Of a DNA stretch of 26,095 nt, positions 1 to 7,936 are shown piece after piece. Where the stretch lies: assembly GCA_019358935.1 (NCBI GenBank), contig JAHHIK010000117.1:1-26095 (forward strand), written 5' to 3'. A program made the position numbers and the translations under genes. Every line of letters begins with the position of its first letter. The stretch's first letter is position 1. The stretch comes from Tolypothrix carrinoi HA7290-LM1. Lineage in GTDB: Bacteria; Cyanobacteriota; Cyanobacteriia; Cyanobacteriales; Nostocaceae. The notes below the pieces were generated by a model. It had not been told where the DNA came from. It did not search any database and saw only the letters and a list, made by a program, of their open reading frames with translations.

Positions 1-126
1 GGACTAGTGACCTCTACTCTACTTGGGGAAACCCTAGTAGAGCAAGTAACTAGGAAGAATGTAGAATCCCCTGATTTTCTGTACAAATGAGCGATAGCGA
101 AATTTGTACAATCAGGGGAGTGTCAA
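1..126 (+). mobile_element. tnpB: Right end of an IS200/IS605-family element: last codons of tnpB, subterminal hairpin and TCAA terminus (omega-RNA region)
   Basis: Frame 1 reads GLVTSTLLGETLVEQVTRKNVESPDFLYK* (stop 88-90), resembling cyanobacterial TnpB C-termini (..EQV..ESP..). Hairpin TCCCCTGATT (67-76) / AATCAGGGGA (110-119) is followed by GTGTCAA ending at 126, typical of IS605 right ends. Truncated by the window edge. Confidence 0.75.
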
Positions 127-197
127 AGATATTAGAAAAACACTGGTACAATCTTTTGCGATAATCAAATCAATATCTGCAATCCAATAAATTGCCA

Positions 198-1094
198 ATG
201 AAAATCTCCCAACTTCGGGCTGTAATTGCAGTGGCAGATTATGGCAACTTTAGTGAAGCGGCTTTGGAATTACAGCTTTCCCAGCCAGCAATTAGTCACG
301 CTATTGCTACTTTGGAAGAAGAATTAGGTGTACCTTTATTTGCTAGGGGACGTCGCGGTGCTGTGCTGACAGCAGCAGGAGAGCGCATTTTATACCATGC
401 ACGTCAAACGCTGCAACACATAGAGATGATGCAACACGAAGCAAATTTGCATAAAGGTTTACATGGTGGTCATGTGCGAATTGCTTCTTTTCGCAGCGTT
501 GCTACTCATTTACTACCAAAAGCGATCGCTCAATTTCACTCTTCATTCCCAGAAGTTGCTGTCACCATCATAGTATGTCCTGCCTTCGTTGATGTAGAAA
601 ATTCTTTACGCGAGGGACGCGCTGACATTGGTATTACCTGTTTACCAACTAGTGATGAATTTGAAGTATCGGAAATTCTACGGGATGAGTATGTAGCTTT
701 AGTACCACCAAATTCCCGAATTGCCGGAAAGCAAATTAGTTGGGAAGACTTAGCAGCTTATTCACCAGTCATGATTCCCACCACACCCTGTGGACGTATT
801 CTCCACAACCACCTAAAGACTGTAGCACTCTTGATGAATACTACTACCGACATTCAAGAAGATTCTACTATTGTTAGTATGGTCAATCAAGGACTCAGAG
901 CAGCTATTCTCCCTCGTTTAGCAGCTGTGCCAATTCCTCAAGAGGTGCAAGTATACAGTTTACCAGTACCGCTAGAGAGAGTAATGGGAGTAGCAATTTT
1001 ATCTAATGCCCTTCAGGTTCCTGCTGTGTTCACCTTTCTAGAAATGCTGAGGAAATTTGACTTTCAAAGTTTGGCTAAATCCACTTGTTCATGA
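198..1094 (+). CDS. LysR-family transcriptional regulator
   Basis: N-terminal HTH (GNFSEAALELQLSQPAISHAIATLEEELGVPLFAR) plus LysR substrate-binding domain (LREGRADIGI). ATG at 198 preferred over TTG at 192. Confidence 0.95.
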   Translation: MKISQLRAVIAVADYGNFSEAALELQLSQPAISHAIATLEEELGVPLFARGRRGAVLTAAGERILYHARQTLQHIEMMQHEANLHKGLHGGHVRIASFRSVATHLLPKAIAQFHSSFPEVAVTIIVCPAFVDVENSLREGRADIGITCLPTSDEFEVSEILRDEYVALVPPNSRIAGKQISWEDLAAYSPVMIPTTPCGRILHNHLKTVALLMNTTTDIQEDSTIVSMVNQGLRAAILPRLAAVPIPQEVQVYSLPVPLERVMGVAILSNALQVPAVFTFLEMLRKFDFQSLAKSTCS

Positions 1095-1127
1095 CTTATT
1101 ATCAGCATTGAAAGATACATTTTACTT

Positions 1128-1553
1128 ATGACGTACCGAATTGTTTCACAACTGACTGAAAATCAAATTTCGGAACTGCTGGATTTGTACAAAAACGAAT
1201 TCTGGAGTAATCAACGTACACTTGAAGACGTAGTGCGGATGCTGGCAGCATCAGACATTATTATCGCTTTAGTTGATGAAAATGAAAAATTAATTGGTTT
1301 TACTCGCATACTCACTGACTTTGTTTATCGAGCAATTATTTTCGATGTGATTATTAAACCGACTCATCGAAACATGAAACTTGGCTCGAAGTTGATGGAT
1401 GCAGTTGTCAATCATCCTCAGTTAAAATCAATAGAGTGGATTGCTCTTTGCTGTTTACCAGAAATGATTCCATATTATCAACGTTGGGGTTTTACATCTG
1501 AATTAGTTAAAATGCAGTTGATGTTTAGAATAAATCAAAATAATGATAATTAA
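1128..1553 (+). CDS. GNAT-family N-acetyltransferase
   Basis: LIGFTRILTDFVYRAIIFDVIIKPTHRNMKLGSKLM (acetyl-CoA-binding motif A) and YYQRWGF. Confidence 0.9.
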   Translation: MTYRIVSQLTENQISELLDLYKNEFWSNQRTLEDVVRMLAASDIIIALVDENEKLIGFTRILTDFVYRAIIFDVIIKPTHRNMKLGSKLMDAVVNHPQLKSIEWIALCCLPEMIPYYQRWGFTSELVKMQLMFRINQNNDN

Positions 1554-2001
1554 CCCGGAAAATGTACCCAGTCGCACAACTTCAATTTATCCTGATGAAT
1601 TTAAGCCTTTGGTGTCAGGAAGAGTGAAACAAGCGTTAGGTAATGCGGCTAAATTGAAAAACTTCGGTGTAAACTTGGTTACACTTGCGCCAGGAAGTTG
1701 TTCTGCGCTGAGGCATTGGCATATGCTACAAGATGAGTTTATTTATGTGATAGAGGGTGAAATCACGCTAATTAGCAACGAGGGAGAACAAATATTAAAA
1801 CGGGGTATGATGGCGGGTTTTCCTGCTGGTGAGGAAAATGGACACCATCTGGTGAATAAATCCGAGGCGATGGTAGTTTATTTAGAAATTGGCGATAGAA
1901 CTCCTGACGATCGCGTAAACTATCCAGATGATGACATCATCGCGAAATCCACTTCTGATGGTTGGATGTTTACACGCAAAGATGGTACTTTGTATGATTA
2001 A
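1543..2001 (+). CDS. Cupin-domain protein
   Basis: SALRHWHMLQDEFIYVIEGE and GHHLVN cupin metal motifs; overlaps the GNAT gene by 11 nt. Confidence 0.9.
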   Translation: MIINPENVPSRTTSIYPDEFKPLVSGRVKQALGNAAKLKNFGVNLVTLAPGSCSALRHWHMLQDEFIYVIEGEITLISNEGEQILKRGMMAGFPAGEENGHHLVNKSEAMVVYLEIGDRTPDDRVNYPDDDIIAKSTSDGWMFTRKDGTLYD

Positions 2002-2028
2002 TTTTGCATAAATATTGTGGGCGATCGC

Positions 2029-2472
2029 ATGGAAAACATCTACAACTTTCTCAAAATATCCGATACAATTGCCACTTCCGGACAACCAACTCAAGAACAG
2101 TTTCAAGCAATCAAAGAAGCCGGATATCAAGTTATTGTAAATCTGGCACTACCAGAATCTCCTAACGCTTTGAAAGATGAAAAGCAAATTGTCGAAAATC
2201 AAGGTATGCAATATGTCCACATTCCCGTAGTTTGGGAAAACCCAACATTGGAGAATGTGACGGACTTTTTTAGTGTCATGGAAGCGATCGCAGACAAACA
2301 AGTTTTTGTGCATTGCGCTGCAAATATGCGAGTTTCCGCATTCATGTATCTTTATCGCTGCCTTCATCAAGGTATTAGTGATGAAGATGCAAAAAAGGAT
2401 TTGCAGAAAATTTGGATTCCTAATGAAATATGGCAAAATTTTATTGAACAAGTAATGTCAATGCAAAAATAA
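2029..2472 (+). CDS. Protein-tyrosine-phosphatase-fold protein (DUF442 / sulfur-transferase-like)
   Basis: TSGQPT, VIVNL and VFVHCAANMRVS (CX4R loop). ATG at 2029; GTG at 2017 is an alternative start. Confidence 0.8.
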   Translation: MENIYNFLKISDTIATSGQPTQEQFQAIKEAGYQVIVNLALPESPNALKDEKQIVENQGMQYVHIPVVWENPTLENVTDFFSVMEAIADKQVFVHCAANMRVSAFMYLYRCLHQGISDEDAKKDLQKIWIPNEIWQNFIEQVMSMQK

Positions 2473-2522
2473 TCCTTAAAAAAAGGCGATCGCACTGTAT
2501 TTGCGTGGACGATCAACAAATT

Positions 2523-2948
2523 TCATGAAGCAAACCAGTTTTCAACTTTTAGAGATTGAAACTCAGCATAGTCTACCACATTGTTTGTCACTAAAACTAA
2601 GTTATTAACAACAGCAATTGCCGCAATTTGTCCATCAACAAAGGTTGGTGTTTTCCCAAGCTTAACTAACCTTGTCCGCTCAGAGGCGTGCCATTTTGCA
2701 GCTTCTTTATCATAGGGTAATAATGGCAGCTTTGCTTCTACCTCTTCTTTAAGGTAAGCTTCGATTGCCCGACGTTTTTGAGAGTTAGGCAAGCGATAAC
2801 AGCCGTAGAGCATTTCATGAAGTACAACAGTTGCAGTGGCTAATGAGTCATCATATCTCAGTAGTGATTCCATAACGCCAGGGTTGGGAACTGGGCGTAG
2901 CGGTTCTGATAAGATATTGGTATCTAATAAAAATTGGGAAGCAGTCAA
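2523..2948 (-). CDS. vapC: VapC-family PIN-domain toxin
   Basis: FLLDTNILSE, DGQIAAIA and LVLVTNN..D PIN motifs. The TTG start overlaps the antitoxin TGA stop (TTGA). Confidence 0.92.
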   Translation of the reverse strand: MTASQFLLDTNILSEPLRPVPNPGVMESLLRYDDSLATATVVLHEMLYGCYRLPNSQKRRAIEAYLKEEVEAKLPLLPYDKEAAKWHASERTRLVKLGKTPTFVDGQIAAIAVVNNLVLVTNNVVDYAEFQSLKVENWFAS

Positions 2949-3226
2949 AAGTTAACCTCCCGACCAGATGTGCGATCGCGAACATTATCGAAAATTTCAT
3001 CTGGGTTAATATTTAATCTGGATATTTGGTACTTTTGCCGAAAGGTAGCAAGTTCTGCACCAAATTTGCTGTTTTCTCTTATCAAACGTTGATACTCAGA
3101 TAAGGATAATACAACTGCTACCGATTGACCTCGCCGTGTAATTTCAACAGGTTTACCATTTTCGGCTTGATGAACAATTTGAGCAAAGCGATCGCGGGCT
3201 TGAGCGATTGAGTATTGATCTGGCAT
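2945..3226 (-). CDS. Phd/YefM-family antitoxin
   Basis: YSIAQARDRFAQIVHQAENGKPVEITRRGQSVAVVLSLSEY is a Phd/YefM signature; lies directly upstream of the PIN toxin. Confidence 0.92.
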   Translation of the reverse strand: MPDQYSIAQARDRFAQIVHQAENGKPVEITRRGQSVAVVLSLSEYQRLIRENSKFGAELATFRQKYQISRLNINPDEIFDNVRDRTSGREVNF

Positions 3227-3245
3227 TGTTAAAATTAGATAATAT

Positions 3246-3268
3246 ATGGCTATATTGATGGCTATATT
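3246..3268. promoter_or_regulatory. Putative TA autoregulatory operator (direct repeat ATGGCTATATT x2)
   Basis: Two perfect 11-bp copies (3246-3256, 3258-3268) 20-42 bp upstream of the antitoxin start, in the divergent intergenic region. Confidence 0.45.
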
Positions 3269-3368
3269 TTATCGCAATGATATTGTTTTTGCAGAGGCGA
3301 TCGCATCCCACTGACATCTCAGTAAAATCGCTATAATACAAAACAAAAGCGACACAAGGTTGCGGCAG

Positions 3369-6300
3369 ATGCTCAGGCGGAAAAAATTCAAGAAGTTCAA
3401 GCATCAATCAGTGAAACCTTCAACCCATAAAGGGTTTAGCAAAGAAGTAGCACCAGTTAGATTAGAGAAACGAGACGCACAAACATGGGCTGAGTCCGGA
3501 TGTAAACAATGTCAAGCAGCCAACTACAAAGTTGCTCTTGCTTCCTGCAAACGTGCTATTGAAATAGATGCTAACAACTATCTAGCTTGGATCAACCAAG
3601 CTTGTGTACTTAATAAGTTAGAACGATATGAAGAAGCGATCGCATCATACGACAAAGCGATAGAAATTAAACCTGACTTTGACTTTGCTTGGTGCAATCG
3701 GGGTATGGTGCTGTTTAACTTAGGGCGATTTTATGAAGCGATCGCATCTTGGGACAAAGCCATAGAAATTAAACCTGACTGCGACTTAGCTTGGTATAAC
3801 CGGGGTATGGCATTGGAAAAGTTAGGACAATTTGAAGAAGCGATCGCATCCGACGATAAAGCGATACAAATTAAACCTGACTACGACTCAGCTTGGAACA
3901 ACCGGGGTGTGGCATTGGAAAAGTTAGGGCAATTTGAAGAAGCGATCGCATCCTACGACAAAGCGATACAAATTAAACCTAATTATTACGATGCTTGGTA
4001 TAACCGGGGTGTTGCGCTGGGTAATTTAGGGCAATTTGAAGAAGCGATCGCATCCTACGACAAAGCGATAGAAATTAAACCTAATTATTACGATGCTTGG
4101 AACAATCGGGGTGTGGCGTTGGAAAGGTTAGGGCGATTTGAAAAGGCGATCGCATCCTACGACAAAGCTATAGAAATCAAATCCCACTTATACTTCGCTT
4201 GGTTAAACCGGGGTGTGGTATTGGGTAACTTAGCACAATATGAAGAGGCAATCGCATCATATGACAAAGCCATAGAAATTAAACCTGACTGCGACTTAGC
4301 TTGGTATAACCGAGGTGTGGCATTGGAAAAGTTAGGACAATTTGAAGAAGCGATCGCATCCTACGACAAAGCTATAGAAATTAAACCTGACTTTGACTTG
4401 GCTTGGTTAAACCGGGGTGTGGCATTGGAAAGGTTAGGGCGATTTGAAGAGGCGATCGCATCCGAAGACAAAGCTATAGAAATTAAACCTGACTTTGACT
4501 TGGCTTGGTTAAACCGGGGTGTGGCATTGGAAAGGTTAGGGCGATTTGAAGAGGCGATCGCATCCGAAGACAAAGCTATAGAAATTAAACCTGACTTTGA
4601 CTTGGCTTGGTTAAACCGGGGTGTGGCATTGGAAAAGTTAGGACAATTTGAAGAAGCGATCGCATCCTACGACAAAGCGATAAAAATTAAACCTAATTAT
4701 TACGATGCTTGGAACAATCGGGGTGTGGCGTTGGAAAGGTTAGGGCGATTTGAAGAGGCGATCGCATCCGAAGACAAAGCGATACAAATCAAACCTGACT
4801 TCGACTCAGCTTGGCACAACCGGGGTATTGCGTTAGGTAACTTAGGGCGATTTGAAGAGGCGATCGCATCTTGGGACAAAGCTATAGAAATCAAACCTAA
4901 TCATTACGATACTTGGCACAACCGGGGTATTGCGTTAGGTAACTTAGGGCGATTTGAAGAGGCGATCGTATCCGAAGACAAAGCCATAGAAATCAAACCT
5001 GACTTCGACTCAGCTTGGCACAACCGGGGTATTGCGTTAGGTAACTTAGGGCGATTTGAAGAGGCGATCGCATCTTGGGACAAAGCTATAGAAATCAAAC
5101 CTAATCATTACGATACTTGGAACAACCGGGGTGTGGCGTTGGAAAGGTTAGGACGATTTGAAGAGGCGATCGCATCCGAAGACAAAGCCATAGAAATCAA
5201 ACCTGACTTTGACTTAGCTTGGTGTAATCGGGGTAATGCGCTGTTAAATTTAGGATGCTATGAAGAAGCGATCGCATCCTTCGACAAAGCCATAGAAATT
5301 AAACCTGACTTTGACATAGCTTGGTTAAACTGGGGTTTTGCCTTGGGGAATTTAGGACGATTTGAAGAAGCGATCGCATCCTTCGACAAAGCTATAGCAA
5401 TCAAACCTGACTTTGACTTGGCTTGGAATGGGCGGGGTGCTGTGCTATGCGATCACTTGCAACGCTATGAAGATGCGATCGCATCCTTTGACAAAGCCAT
5501 AGAAATTAAACCTGACTTTGACTTGGCTTGGTTAAACCGGGGCATTGCGGCAGAAAAATCAGTTACTTATAATCCGCCGAGTTTGTTAATTGGCATAGTA
5601 CAGAGAAATCTAACCCTCAACCAGCGCGGCTATGAGGGAAAATTGGCAAGCTATGAGGAAGGTTTGAAGTATTGCCAGCAAGACACGCACCCAGAAGGTT
5701 GGGGAAAATTACATCAGGCAATAGGTAATGCTCACTACTTCCGAGGGCGAGGAAATTCTTACCCCCGCACCTATTGGTACAAAGCTGTTATAAATTACAA
5801 TCAGGCTCTGAAAACTCTCACAGAAGCAGATTTTCCTGAGTTGCATCTGGAGGTTTTGCGAGAGTTAATTGGCGTTCAATTGGATTTGCAGGAAACCGCC
5901 AAAGCTGAAGAACTCCAGCGACGCGGTACAGATTTTTTACGCCGCTTGCTGAGTGAAGCAAATCGCTCTGATAAAAGTAAAAAACAACTAGCTTTGAAGT
6001 TTGCAGGCTTTCAGCAGTTGACTGTTGATTTAGCGGTGCAGTCTGGGAATCTGGTACAAGCAGTTGAATTAGCAGAACAGGGTAAAAATGCCTGTTTAAG
6101 TTGGCTTTTGTCTGCGTGGAGTGATGATATTTCCTCCCCCAGCTACTTAGAAATGCAACGGTTGCTCAATCCTACAACTGCTGTTGTTTACTGGCATATT
6201 AGCCCTTACGCCCTACACACTTTCATCCTCAAACACAACGCGCTATCACCCATCGTCTTGGGAGAAACCCGGTTTCTTGAAGAAGTCGGGCTTCTCAGCC

Positions 6301-7526
6301 AAACGCAACGCTTGCGTGAGTTTGAAGACTGGGTGAAAAAGTGGAATGAGCAATACGCCGATTATCGCAAAGGCAAAGATAAGCAAACATCGAACCTAAC
6401 CCCCCAGCCCCCTTCCCTGCAAGGGAAGGGGGAGAAATCAAAGCCTCTCTCCTTGCAGGAGAGAGGTTTGGAGAGAGGTTCCAACTGGCGCGACAACTTG
6501 CCCGAAATGCTTCGCCAATTGGGTAATATTCTCGATATACCTGCGATTGTAAACGCAATTGACCTAACCCCCCAGCCCCCTTCCCTGCGAGGGAAGGGGG
6601 AGCAAGATTCCCCTCCCCTGGCAGGAGAGGGGTTAGGGGAGAGGTCAATCCAAAATCTCATCCTAGTTCCTCACCGCGACTTACACCGCTTTCCTCTCCA
6701 TGCGCTGTTTGGCGATCGCTTCACCATCACCTATCTACCCAGCGCTCAAATTGGCTTAATTCCCTCAACCCTCTTTGAAAACAAAGGTTATGAGCGGGAC
6801 AATTTATTAAGCATCGAACATCCCAACAGCAAAGGTTATCCCTCGTTGGAATTTGCCCAAATTGAATCGGAAGCGATAAACCGGATGTTCTTCAAACCCA
6901 CTCGCTTTTCCTCTAAACAAGCTACAAAAGAAGCACTAATAACTGCTTTGCCGGAAAAACACAGTATTTTTCACTTTACAGGACATGGCGAATACAATTT
7001 TCACAATCCGGCTTTATCTCACTTGGCGTTAGCGGGTGAAGATAAACTGACTCTTATCGATATTTGCAACTTTGATTTGAGAAGTTACAGACTCGTTAGT
7101 CTTGCTGCTTGCGAAAGCGCGATCGCAGGTAATCATACCATCACTACCGAATATGTCGGGCTTGTCAGTGGCTTTATGAGTTGCGGTGTGGCGCATGTCG
7201 TCAGTACTCTGTGGACTGTGGAATCAGCCGCTAGCGCTTTGGTGATGATTCAATTTTACCACCTGCTGCAACAAGAAAAATCAGAGATTGTAGCTTTGGC
7301 TAAAGCTACCCAATGGTTGCGAAATGTCACTAACGCCAAACTTGCAGAATGGTATGCAGCCCAAATTGCCCGACTTCACGAAGATGAAGGTATAGTTTAC
7401 CGTTTTTTGTCACGCCATTTAAACTATATTAACAATACAACCGAACCAAATAATAAACCTTATAATCATCCTTATTTCTGGGCAGCTTTTACAATTACTG
7501 GGAATTTTGAATCATGCAACCTTTAG
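3369..7526 (+). CDS. TPR-repeat + CHAT (caspase HetF associated with TPRs) protease
   Basis: About 19-20 34-aa TPR repeats (AWxNRGxALxxLGxFEEAIASxDKAIEIKP). C-terminal CHAT domain with IFHFTGHG (His), VSLAACES (Cys), STLWTV and HPYFWAAF. Start uncertain (TTG 3360 or ATG 3369). Confidence 0.93.
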   Translation: MLRRKKFKKFKHQSVKPSTHKGFSKEVAPVRLEKRDAQTWAESGCKQCQAANYKVALASCKRAIEIDANNYLAWINQACVLNKLERYEEAIASYDKAIEIKPDFDFAWCNRGMVLFNLGRFYEAIASWDKAIEIKPDCDLAWYNRGMALEKLGQFEEAIASDDKAIQIKPDYDSAWNNRGVALEKLGQFEEAIASYDKAIQIKPNYYDAWYNRGVALGNLGQFEEAIASYDKAIEIKPNYYDAWNNRGVALERLGRFEKAIASYDKAIEIKSHLYFAWLNRGVVLGNLAQYEEAIASYDKAIEIKPDCDLAWYNRGVALEKLGQFEEAIASYDKAIEIKPDFDLAWLNRGVALERLGRFEEAIASEDKAIEIKPDFDLAWLNRGVALERLGRFEEAIASEDKAIEIKPDFDLAWLNRGVALEKLGQFEEAIASYDKAIKIKPNYYDAWNNRGVALERLGRFEEAIASEDKAIQIKPDFDSAWHNRGIALGNLGRFEEAIASWDKAIEIKPNHYDTWHNRGIALGNLGRFEEAIVSEDKAIEIKPDFDSAWHNRGIALGNLGRFEEAIASWDKAIEIKPNHYDTWNNRGVALERLGRFEEAIASEDKAIEIKPDFDLAWCNRGNALLNLGCYEEAIASFDKAIEIKPDFDIAWLNWGFALGNLGRFEEAIASFDKAIAIKPDFDLAWNGRGAVLCDHLQRYEDAIASFDKAIEIKPDFDLAWLNRGIAAEKSVTYNPPSLLIGIVQRNLTLNQRGYEGKLASYEEGLKYCQQDTHPEGWGKLHQAIGNAHYFRGRGNSYPRTYWYKAVINYNQALKTLTEADFPELHLEVLRELIGVQLDLQETAKAEELQRRGTDFLRRLLSEANRSDKSKKQLALKFAGFQQLTVDLAVQSGNLVQAVELAEQGKNACLSWLLSAWSDDISSPSYLEMQRLLNPTTAVVYWHISPYALHTFILKHNALSPIVLGETRFLEEVGLLSQTQRLREFEDWVKKWNEQYADYRKGKDKQTSNLTPQPPSLQGKGEKSKPLSLQERGLERGSNWRDNLPEMLRQLGNILDIPAIVNAIDLTPQPPSLRGKGEQDSPPLAGEGLGERSIQNLILVPHRDLHRFPLHALFGDRFTITYLPSAQIGLIPSTLFENKGYERDNLLSIEHPNSKGYPSLEFAQIESEAINRMFFKPTRFSSKQATKEALITALPEKHSIFHFTGHGEYNFHNPALSHLALAGEDKLTLIDICNFDLRSYRLVSLAACESAIAGNHTITTEYVGLVSGFMSCGVAHVVSTLWTVESAASALVMIQFYHLLQQEKSEIVALAKATQWLRNVTNAKLAEWYAAQIARLHEDEGIVYRFLSRHLNYINNTTEPNNKPYNHPYFWAAFTITGNFESCNL
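3570..5545 (+). repeat. 102-bp tandem coding repeat (TPR array)
   Basis: GCGATCGC or a one-mismatch variant recurs every 102 bp from 3636 to 5370, then at 5475. Units 4365-4466 and 4467-4568 are identical. Confidence 0.95.
6262..6296. repeat. In-frame imperfect palindrome GAGAAACCCGGTTTCTT-G-AAGAAGTCGGGCTTCTC (small dispersed repeat)
   Basis: 17-nt arms, 14/17 Watson-Crick pairs; encodes ETRFLEEVGLL within the CHAT region. Confidence 0.6.
6392..6481. repeat. In-frame double-hairpin dispersed repeat, copy 1
   Basis: Terminal inverted GAACCT/AGGTTC. Hairpins CCCCCTTCCCT-GCA-AGGGAAGGGGG (6408-6432) and CCTCTCTCCT-TGC-AGGAGAGAGG (6444-6466). Encodes NLTPQPPSLQGKGEKSKPLSLQERGLERG. Confidence 0.85.
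6558..6649. repeat. In-frame double-hairpin dispersed repeat, copy 2
   Basis: Terminal inverted ATTGACCT/AGGTCAAT. Shares ACCTAACCCCCCAGCCCCCTTCCCTGC.AGGGAAGGGGGAG with copy 1. Encodes DLTPQPPSLRGKGEQDSPPLAGEGLGERS. Confidence 0.85.
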
Positions 7527-7936
7527 AAGCCTCGGAACTCAAAGCTTTTCTTTTTGCACTTTACCAGCTTGACGCACCTTTGCCAGATGATGTGCAAGCG
7601 CAAATAAATAATATCAACATTCCGGCGGATATTGACAAACTGTATAATATTGCGATGAGTTATCCGCCGCTTGCAACTTACTACGAACAAATTCACGAAT
7701 CTTTAAACGCAAATAGTAAAATCCGGAGTCGAGGACCATTACCAGCTAAAATTAATCATGCTGCGGAACAGCAAAGCACAGAAATCAACAATATTATTGT
7801 TGCCATTGACGAACAACTCGAAGAAGAAAAGTTAACTGAAATCTCTCAACCCATTTTCAAGGCTGCTGACTCTGTAAATAAAGCTAAAGATGTTTGGGCA
7901 ATAATTATTCGTTCTTTACAAATGCCCATGCCATGA
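7514..7936 (+). CDS. Hypothetical 140-aa helical protein, coupled to the TPR-CHAT gene
   Basis: The ATG overlaps the CHAT gene end by 13 nt and the TGA overlaps the next ATG (ATGA 7933-7936). Central basic linker KIRSRGPLP. Confidence 0.8.
   Translation: MQPLEASELKAFLFALYQLDAPLPDDVQAQINNINIPADIDKLYNIAMSYPPLATYYEQIHESLNANSKIRSRGPLPAKINHAAEQQSTEINNIIVAIDEQLEEEKLTEISQPIFKAADSVNKAKDVWAIIIRSLQMPMP

Noticed and set aside
4361..5098. Antisense ORFs 4361-4573, 4700-4894 and 4904-5098
   Set aside because: Shadows of the TPR repeats on the opposite strand.
4365..5120. Near-identical repeat pairs as a diversity-generating retroelement TR/VR
   Set aside because: Both copies are inside one ORF, differences are not adenine-specific, and there is no reverse transcriptase in the window.
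3570..5545. Regularly spaced repeats as a CRISPR array
   Set aside because: The period is exactly 102 bp (34 codons), whole units are homologous and in-frame TPRs; there are no unique spacers and no cas genes.
6295..6661. Minus-strand ORFs 6295-6648 and 6362-6661
   Set aside because: They arise from the GC-rich palindromic repeats inside the CHAT gene.
7894..7932. TTG start at 7894 for the two-TM protein
   Set aside because: ATG 7933 forms an ATGA overlap with the upstream stop and is more plausible.
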